Assembly (NCBI GenBank): GCA_951406725.2
Contig: OX597843.1
Span: 7,192,001 to 7,256,000 of the forward strand
DNA from: Octopus vulgaris
Lineage: Eukaryota
Length of the DNA stretch: 64,000 bases
Reading direction: 5' to 3'
Shown here: one piece after another, positions 54,751-64,000 of the stretch
How the letters are laid out: every line of letters starts with the position of its first letter
Numbering within the stretch: the first letter of the stretch is position 1
Made by a program: the position numbers and the translations under genes
The notes under the pieces: model-generated
Seen by the model: the letters and a program-made list of their open reading frames with translations, nothing else
Database searches by the model: none
Told to the model about the DNA's origin: nothing

Positions 54751-55398
54751 GCATTGAGGGCAGTAAAGACATAAGAACAAGCTATACCGTTTTAGTTACC
54801 ATGAGAGAAATTCTCATATTGGCTTTTTGGTGCTTCTTCTTCTTCTTGTTTATATCGCTTGCGATGAGACAAACATCAGCGACGCCACCAGATCACGTGA
54901 TTTCTACCTTGTCTGGTCCTGAAAATCATGGATTTCCAGCCGCTACAGATTCATCTCCCAGTATTGTTCTTATTAAACTCACATTAGATTCCAGTCCGAC
55001 ATGGGTTTCCGTTCCATAATTGCTCTCATGTCCTTCGAGGTGGAATTTTCACGTGCAATTAGTTGGTTCATTTGCAAGGTATCTTCATCTGGGGTGGACA
55101 GTCATACGCAGCTTTCTTCAAAGTCATACCCATGCGGGTGGGCTATGCGAATAGAGAATTCAGGTATCAGATAGTACTTACGGAAGTATAACGTAGGCTG
55201 GGGACCCGAGTGACCGTTTTGATACCTCATCTAGAACATACTTTATGGACCATCGAATACTGGAATTGTCAGTTCGCGTTACCACTAACACCGGCGCCAC
55301 CACCAATACCATCACCACCACCACCACTACCACAGCCAATTTCACCATCACCAGCACCCCACTATCATCACCAGCACCACAACTAATGTCACCGCTTA

Positions 55399-56833
55399 TT
55401 CTTTTCTTCTTCTTCTTCTTCTTCTTCTTCTTCTTCTTCTTCTTCTTCTTCTTCTTCTTCTTCTTCTTCTTCTTTTCCTCTTCTCTTTCTTCTTCTCCTT
55501 CTTCTCTTCTTCTTCTTCTTCTTCTTCTTCTTCTTCTTCTTCTTCTTCTTCTCTTTCTTCTTATTCTCTTTCTTCTTCTTCTCTTTCTTCTTCTCTTTCT
55601 TCTTCTTCTCTTTCTTCTTCTTCTTCTTCTTCTTCTTCTTCTTCTTCTTCTTCTTCTTCTTCTTCTTCTTCTTCTTCTTCTTCTTCTTCTTCTTCTTCTT
55701 CTTCTTCTTCTTCTTCTTCTTCTTCTTCTTCTTCTTCTTCTTCTTTGCGGTATTCTTCTTCTTCTTCTTCTTCTTCTTCTTCTTCTTCTTCTTCTTCTTC
55801 TTCTTCTTTTCTTTGCGGTATTCTTCTTCTTCTTCTTCTTCTTCTTCTTCTTCTTTTCTTTGCGGTATTCTTCTTCTTCTTCTTCTTCTTCTTCTTCTTC
55901 TTCTTCTTCTTCTTCTTCTTCTTCTTCTTCTTCTTCTTCTTCTTCTTTGCGGTATTCTTCTTCTTCTTCTTCTTCTTCTTCTTCTTCTTCTTCTTCTTCT
56001 TCTTCTATCTTCTTCTTCTTCTTCTTCTTCTTCTTCTTCTTCTTCTTCTTCTTCTTCTTCTTCTTCTTCTTCTTCTTCTTCTTCTTCTTCTTCTTCTTCT
56101 TCTTCTTCTTCTTCTTCTTCTTTGCGGTATTCTTCTTCTTCTTCTTCTTCTTCTTCTTCTTCTTCTTCTTCTTCTTCTTCTTCTTCTTCGGTATTCTTCT
56201 TCTTCTTCTTCTTCTTCTTCTTCTTCTTCTTTGCGGTATCTTCTTCTTCTTCTTCTTCTTCTTCTTCTTCTTCTTCTTCTTCTTCTTCTTCTTCTTCTTC
56301 TATCTTCTTCTTCTTCTTCTTCTTCTTCTTCTTCTTCTTCTTCTTCTTCTTCTTCTTTGCGGTATTCTTCTTCTTCTTCTTCTTCTTCTTCTTCTTCTTC
56401 TTCTTCTTCTTCTTTGCGGTATTCTTCTTCTTCTTCTTCTTCTTCTTCTTCTTCTTCTTCTTCTTCTTCTTCTTCTTTGCGGTTTCTTCTTCTTCTTCTT
56501 CTTCTTCTTCTTCTTCTTCTTCTTCTTCTTCTTCTTCTTCTTCTTCTTTGCGGTATTCTTCTTCTTCTTCTTCTTCTTCTTCTTCTTCTTCTTCTTCTTC
56601 TTCTTCTTCTTTCGGTATTCTTCTTCTTCTTCTTCTTCTTCTTCTTCTTCTTCTTCTTCTTCTTCTTCTTCTTTGCGGTATTCTTCTTCTTCTTCTTCTT
56701 CTTCTTCTTCTTCTTCTTCTTCTTCTTCTTCTTCTTCTTCTTTGCGGTATTCTTCTTCTTCTTCTTCTTCTTCTTCTTCTTCTTCTTCTTCTTCTTCTTC
56801 TTCTTCTTCTTCTTCTTCTTTGCGGTATTCTTC
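55399..56833. repeat. ~1.4-kb (CTT)n array with periodic TGCGGTAT interruptions
   Basis: Read directly; about 15 spacer copies between 55745 and 56828. Confidence 0.95.
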
Positions 56834-57442
56834 TGTTGTTTACCAAATTTTAAAAGACATGAAAAATGCCCAGCAAAAGACAAAACAAACAAAAGAAAAG
56901 AAAAAAAAAACAAACACCAAAAGTAACATAAATGAATATAAAATAAAAACGAGAATCTCAGCTGTGTTGTCTTGGAGTTGGCATCTGGTTTGGTGAGAAG
57001 GAATCGCAGAATGGCTGTTATTTAACACACACACGAGACAATTACACACACATGCAAACACCGATTTCTTCAATATCACACTCTCCTTCACTCAATCTAT
57101 GTGTTTTATACACACACATACACAGACATATATACACTAACACAGACGTACATATATATATATGTGCATATATATACATACATACACTTACATGCATACG
57201 TACAAACGTGTGTATATATATATATTTATACATATATGTATTTATGTATATATGCATATACACACACACATATATATATATATATATACCTATCCATATA
57301 CGTATCTGTAAATATATATATGCATATATACGTGTGTATGCATATGTATATATAAATGTATACATTTGTTATATACATATATATGCATATGTGCAATATA
57401 TATATGTACATATATATATATATTTATATTCATATACATATG

Positions 57443-57474
<32 letters not shown>

Positions 57475-57752
57475 CATATATGCATATATACATATGACAT
57501 ACATATACATGCATACGCATGTATATATACTTAAGCAACAAAAAATTGTCAACACGTACATTCATACAGAAAGGAACTCTACTCTGTCTGTCTGTCTGTC
57601 TGTCTCTGTCTGTCTGTCTCTCTCTCTCTCTCCCTCACACACATATCCATCTATTACAACGCCTTCCTCTCATCCCCACTTCACCTCTTTGTGCATATAT
57701 CAGGCTTTGTATTCGCATTCTCTCAAATATACACGTCTAGGTTCTACAATAC

Positions 57753-57867
<115 letters not shown>

Positions 57868-58281
57868 CATACATTCAAACATACATACATGCACACACAT
57901 ATGCTTATATGTATGTATTGTCAAGTTGGTTCTGTGGTCGTATGTTTGCATGAGTCTATGTACACACACCTACTTAGTCAGACACATTTTCCTTTATATA
58001 TGCACATACATAGACCCATACATACATGTATGTATGGGTATATACATATGTATACATATATAGATATGTACGCACACACATACACACACACATATATATA
58101 CACACATACATATAATTTATGTTTATATACATATATTAACATATATATTCATTTGCATATATGTACATATACAAATATATAGGCACATGTGTATATATCT
58201 ATATGTGCGCGCGCGCGTGTGTGCATATGTATACATGCATATATAGGTGTGTGTGTTGGTACAGATTTATGTCTTTTCAAA

Positions 58282-58339
<58 letters not shown>

Positions 58340-58399
58340 TTTAGTGATATAGCACAAATGTCTAAGAACACACACATACATTTACACACACACACGCGC

Positions 58400-58453
<54 letters not shown>

Positions 58454-58734
58454 TCGTTTACTTTCTTGTTTGTGTCCGTAATTGCTTGCGATTTCGGAAG
58501 TAATTGTAAACGTATGCCTATATTTGTGTACACACGTACATATGCGTATAAGAGTTCTCACACTTTAATACATTTTTAAGTTCTCCTTTTCTCTCTCTCT
58601 CTCTGTCTTTCCTCACCCCACTCTCAACACATACATGTGTGTATATATATGTGTGTATATATCTATATATCTATATATCTATATATATATATATATATAT
58701 ATATAGGGAAAGAATACGAATTAGATTCAGCACC

Positions 58735-58786
58735 ACATGACTCTAAGTTTCGTGGGCGTATAAGACGGGTCCATCTCATCAGATAT
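58735..58786 (-). ncRNA. Type I hammerhead in a ~360-bp unique segment (58705-59068) between microsatellites
   Basis: AUAU-CUGAUGA-GAUGGAC...GCCCAC-GAA-ACU(UAG)AGU-C-AUGU. Confidence 0.65.
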
Positions 58787-59086
58787 CCGGGGAAGACAGT
58801 TCATGATGGCTACCCTTGGTCAGAGCAGGTCACGTGGTGATAATGCTGTGAAAGCGACATCAGTTATTTTCTTTATTTTATATATATATGAAATTCCCTA
58901 CCAAAATGGTTTGAGTACTTTTTTTTACCCCACTTCTTTTTGTCTACTCGATCGGTGAACGCTTATTGAGCCACAGGCTTGCTAACCATCCTTTGTTTGT
59001 GATTTCTTTATAGCGGTCATAAGTTGGTACTTTACGTTAGCTAATTACCTCTATCAAACGGACGTTGCCTCTGTGTGTGTGTGTAT

Positions 59087-59146
<60 letters not shown>

Positions 59147-59164
59147 ATGTGTGTGTATATCTAT

Positions 59165-59308
<144 letters not shown>

Positions 59309-59600
59309 CTAAAATTTACAGAAAAACAAAAGACAAAGGCAGGTGTATGAACAACAAGCATGTGTATTAGTCTGACGCTCGGGAAAGTGAGAAAGTCTTT
59401 TAGGTTTCGAGCCAACGCTCTTCAACAGGAAGGAATAAGCGAAAATAAACAGTGAGAGAATAAAAAAAAAACTTGTGGATTTAGCGATCAAGCATGGCGA
59501 CTGGTTGGGAAAGAAAGGTTTGACAGGAGAGGTAGAAAGACGGGGCTATAAAAAGAAGAAAAGGAGAGAGAAAGGCAAAGTAATGGCGTACGGAGTATAA
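59309..59600 (-). mobile_element. HHR element family H1 (diverged, longer 5' part)
   Basis: CUGUUGA-A-GAGC(GUUG)GCUC-GAAACCUA-AAAG at 59397-59432. Confidence 0.65.
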
Positions 59601-59624
59601 AAGTTCAAAAGCCGTGAAGAGAAG

Positions 59625-59800
59625 AAATGCTTAGCGGTATTTCTCCCGTCTTTACGTTCTGAGTTCAAATTCCACCGAAAGCGACTTTGCCTTTCATCCT
59701 TTCGAAGGTCGATAAATTAAGTACCAGTTGAACACTGGGGTCGAGATAATAGATTCATCCCACCCCCAGAATGGCTGTCCCTGTGGCAAAGTTTGAAACC
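59625..59800 (+). mobile_element. SINE family B
   Basis: B-box region plus Meta-like core. Confidence 0.75.
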
Positions 59801-59844
59801 GCTATTAGTGTTGTTGTTGTTGTTATCATCATCATCATCATTAT

Positions 59845-60590
59845 TATTCATTGCCTTTGCACAGCTTCTAACGCGGTAGATTACGACGGTGCCAGCTTTT
59901 CACGACCAGTGAACTGAAGTAACACCCTTATTTTTAGAGCGCCATCCGGAGTATTCGTGCGGTTCCAAGCAGTGCTGTTTTCTGCAAGTGCTCCTCCCTT
60001 ATTGAGAAGTACATGACACCAAAAACAGACATCTCGAGGAAGTTCTGACTCCACCTAAAAAGTATGGGATACTCCACCAAAATGTGATGTCATGTACTTC
60101 TCGAGATTTTTACTCACTGATCCTAGGGCTCCGACAATTATTGGTACTACTACCACCTTTTTCATCGACCACAACTGCTTAACCTCGCAAGCGAACCTGT
60201 CATATCTCTCGAATTTTCTTTCTTCATTCTCGCATACATTGTTTGTCAGCTGGACATGCTATATATATGATCCAGCATCGTTTGCTTTCTTTCTTAATTA
60301 ACACTATGTCTGGCTTCCTATTCTCTATTTCATGGTCGCACTGAATTATAAAATCCCATAGGATCTTTGCATTATCATTTTCGATGATGCCTTCGGGTTT
60401 ATGTGCGTACCACTTTTTTGCTCTGTCAAGTCCATACTTGTTGCAAAGTGTCCAATGGACAATCCTTGCTATATTGTCATGACGTCTCTTATAGTGGCGT
60501 ACATTGACTGGTAATATACCACCCGGTTTCACTAATTTGTCCACCGATTCTCTACTTATCACTTTCTGATGTGTTGTCTATTCTGTAATT
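59845..60590 (-). mobile_element. R4/Dong-like LINE 3' part (RLE endonuclease)
   Basis: YKRRHDNIARIVHWTLC..ILWDFIIQCDHEIENRKPDIVLI..; LQKTALLGTARILRMAL. Confidence 0.85.
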
Positions 60591-60591
60591 G

Positions 60592-60820
60592 GTTCTTTAC
60601 TACCCACAAGGGTTCTTTACTACCCACAAGGAGCTAAACACAGAGAGGACAAACGGATTAAGTCGATTACATCGACCCCAGTGCGTAACTGGTACTTATT
60701 TAATCGATCCCGAAAGGATGAAAGGTTAAGTCGACCTCGGCGGAATTTGAACTCAGAACGTAAAAACAGACGGAATACCGCTAAGCATTTCGCCTGGTGT
60801 GCTAACGTTTCTGCCAGCTC
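60592..60820 (-). mobile_element. SINE family B with a duplicated 20-bp tail segment
   Basis: GTTCTTTACTACCCACAAGG occurs twice, followed by the core and head. Confidence 0.8.
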
Positions 60821-61524
60821 AAAGAATTGAATTTCTGGCACAACGATGCCAACAGACAGTAGAATATGATGGGAGATATTTTGATGAATAAGCGTTTTTT
60901 ACAATTTTTTTAATGTAATTTGTTAAAGCGTGAAATACGAAAAACCTTTTGAGTGAAGTTCTGTTTGAGGTCGATTAAATAAATACCAGTCGAGTACTGG
61001 GGTGGATGTAATCGAGTTGCCCCGCTACCCACAAAATTTTAGGCCTTATGCCAAGAGGAGAAAGGATTATTGTTGCTGTTGTTGTTGTTGTTATCATTCG
61101 CATCCTCATCACTATCACCATCATCATCATCATCATCATCAACATCCTCCTGCACCTCCACCTTCTCATCATCGTCATCATCACCATCATCATCATTATC
61201 ATCATCATCATCATCATCTTCATCATCATCATCATCATCTTCATCATCATCATCGTCGTCGTCGTCGTCATCATCATCATTTTCATCATCATCATCATCG
61301 TTATCGTCATCATTGTCGTCTTTTTTTTTTCTTCGCACTTTTTAAAATAATTATTAGTACAAAGAAATCAGACTTTTGCGGAAAAATTAATCCGAAATTA
61401 TTTAAGGTTTAAAAAAATATTAAGACACATACGTATGTCTGCCACTAATCTGGTTTTACCCCCTCCCCTCCAGACACACACGCATACAAGCGTACATGTG
61501 TGTATGTATGTGTGTGTGAATGTG

Positions 61525-61566
<42 letters not shown>

Positions 61567-61645
61567 AGCATATATCTGCATATACATACATATATATGTA
61601 TGTGTCTGTATATATATATATGTATGTATGTATATCTATATTTAT

Positions 61646-61729
<84 letters not shown>

Positions 61730-61731
61730 TT

Positions 61732-61763
<32 letters not shown>

Positions 61764-61979
61764 CGTTTGCCAAGATTTTTGTAACTAGAATGAATATGTG
61801 TGCGTGTGTGTGAGTGTATAGACGCAATGTTGAGAGAACAGAAACACATGTGTCGCCATTTCGAATATATATACACATATATATGATGTACACATACATA
61901 CATACATACATACATACATACATACATACATACATACATACATACATACATACATACATACGTACATGCATACATACGT

Positions 61980-62019
<40 letters not shown>

Positions 62020-62561
62020 GATCTGTTTATGCATGTTTTAGTTCTTAGCTCGAAATATGAAACCCCTAATCCCTTGTCATTTTTTTAAATAGTTTCACTG
62101 GGGTTTCAACATGGCTGCGTGTCTGTTTAAGGATCCCTTGCTCAGTTCAAGAAATATATTTTAATCGTTCACATTACTGTAAATATTTTGTGATAGGGGA
62201 TTAAAGATTAAGAGATTATGATAATTACATTAGAGGGGACAGATGGGCGGGAAAGGGGCGAAGAGAGAGGGAGAGACAAAAGGGAAAGGAATGCGTGTGT
62301 TCGGTGGAGACTTTGCAGTTGTGTGTCTGTATGTGTGTGTGTATATACTTATATGCGTGTGTATTTGTGTGTGTATATATACATATGTGTATGTGTGTAT
62401 ACATATATTTGTGTGTGTGTGTGTGTGTACATATACGAGTGTGTGTGAATGTGATTATATATATGTGTATGTGTGTCGATATATGTGTGTGTGTGTGTAT
62501 ATATATATGTGTGTGTGCATACATATATGTGTAAACATGTGTGTGTGTTTGTGTGTGTCTA

Positions 62562-62745
62562 TTCTTTTACTTGTTTCACTCATTAAAGTGCCAGACATTT
62601 TAGTCGAACACATTGACCTGAGAACTTTTTGTGAAGCCTATTACTTACTCTATCGGTCTTTCTAGCCTTGCCGAACCGCTAAGTCACGGGGACGTAAACG
62701 CACCAACACCGGATGTCAAGCGATAGCAGAATGACAAACATAGAT
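62562..62745 (-). mobile_element. SINE family A, 3' half, degenerate
   Basis: GCCGAACCGCTAAGTCACGGGGACGTAAAC block. Confidence 0.65.
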
Positions 62746-62822
62746 ACACCAACACATACATACATATATAAATATATGTGTGTGTGTGTGTGTGTGTGTA
62801 TGTGTGTGTGTATAACGTGTGT

Positions 62823-62861
<39 letters not shown>

Positions 62862-62862
62862 T

Positions 62863-62899
<37 letters not shown>

Positions 62900-62998
62900 T
62901 AGATAGATAAAGATATATATATAGATATATATAGATATAGATATATAGATATATAGATATCTTTATCTATCTATATATATATATATATAGATAGATAA

Positions 62999-63067
<69 letters not shown>

Positions 63068-63075
<8 letters not shown>

Positions 63076-63760
63076 TGAGGGTACTACTATTCGTAGATAC
63101 CAACACGCTTAGAGGGACCAATGCGGTCAAAACTACTAAAAATAAACAAAATTTTACCGAATGCAAAACTTCAAAACACATCATTTTAAAAAGAATTCAG
63201 TTAGATATCACATGTGATTTCGCATTTAATGCAGAATATGCATTTCATGTTCGTCAGTGCAACAAACTCAAGAAATATAAGAAAAAACATAACATTACAA
63301 ACTCGATAGCCAACCGTAGAATTCGTCGTAGCTTGTACGAATGTTTATCCTTACATATCTATGAAAATGGCGGGCTTTTTCGCAATGCATTTCGGTAACA
63401 AATTGCCTAGTCGGAAAAAAAATTCAGTATTGAACTATTCCGGTGAAAAATATATATTAACAATTGAGAATAAAATCTTTAAAAGAAATTATCAGTAGTC
63501 AGCGTGAAAAACCTCGTAAGAGAAAAATCCGTAAATTCTTCCTCTTTGAAAATATTCATTTATATTATATTGAGGGTACTACTATTCGTAGATACCAACA
63601 CGCTAAGAGGGACCAATGCGGTCAAAACTACTAAAAATAAACAAAATTTTACCGAATGCAAAACTTCAAAACACATCATTTTAAAAAAAAATTCAGTTAG
63701 ATATCACATGTGATTTCGCATTTAATGCAGAATATGCATTTCATGTTCGTCAGTGCAACA
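63068..63760 (-). mobile_element. ~496-nt tandem repeat (1.4 units) carrying two identical type I HHRs, inserted in (TA)n
   Basis: 63068-63264 repeats at 63563-63760. HHRs at 63200-63263 and 63696-63759: GUUGCA-CUGACGA-ACAUGAAAUGCA(UAUUC)UGCAUUAAAUGC-GAA-AUCACAUGUGAU-A-UCUAAC. Confidence 0.8.
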
Positions 63761-63767
63761 TATATAT

Positions 63768-63823
<56 letters not shown>

Positions 63824-64000
63824 ATATCTAATCTGCCCTTCCTTCGCTTTGCATGAAACTGCCGTGTATGTACTTGGAAGAAGCTATTGAAGACCTTTGA
63901 TTTGTGACCGCGCTAGTAGTGGTGGGCATGTTGCTTGATTTCAATAACAGTAGCAGCCAAGAAGGCAGCAGCAACAACAAGTAAAACGCAATACTTGAAC

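Noticed and set aside
54801-55019. 72-aa ORF with a signal-peptide-like start
   Set aside because: The hydrophobic stretch comes from a (CTT)n run; the region looks more like a decayed minus-strand LINE tail.
55745-56833. CRISPR-like periodicity
   Set aside because: The constant part is 8 nt and the intervening sequence is pure (CTT)n; there are no unique spacers or cas genes, and the context is eukaryotic.
55245-56996. 583-aa ORF and overlapping long ORFs
   Set aside because: Produced entirely by the (CTT)n array, which is open in nearly all frames.
63075-63713. Duplicated ORFs MRVLLFVDTNTLRG...
   Set aside because: They use non-ATG starts and diverge by a frameshift between copies; the repeat is better explained as a minus-strand HHR element.

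Overview
Eukaryotic (animal) non-coding DNA with no recognisable host protein-coding exon. A large part of the window is microsatellite ((TA)n, (CA)n, (TACA)n, (TATC)n, (TAA)n, (GAT)n, (GGT)n, (CTT)n), and almost all ORFs in the supplied track are artefacts of these repeats. The repeat style and SINE families look like an octopus/coleoid cephalopod genome; this is an inference, not checked. Recognisable content: decayed CR1/L2-group, RTE and R4/Dong-like LINEs; two Penelope-like (PLE) GIY-YIG remnants; mariner/Tc1 fragments; a piggyBac MITE; a Helitron 3' end with a PIF1-helicase pseudogene; several SINE families; and a tRNA-Glu(TTC)-like pseudogene. The main hidden signal is about 17 type I hammerhead-ribozyme (HHR) cores read by eye. 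They sit in several small non-coding element families inserted in microsatellites: ~345-nt and ~496-nt tandem repeats with retrozyme/pLTR architecture, and a family carrying a fixed A6U core variant. All RNA folds were read manually and none was computed. Element boundaries are approximate to about 10-20 nt.
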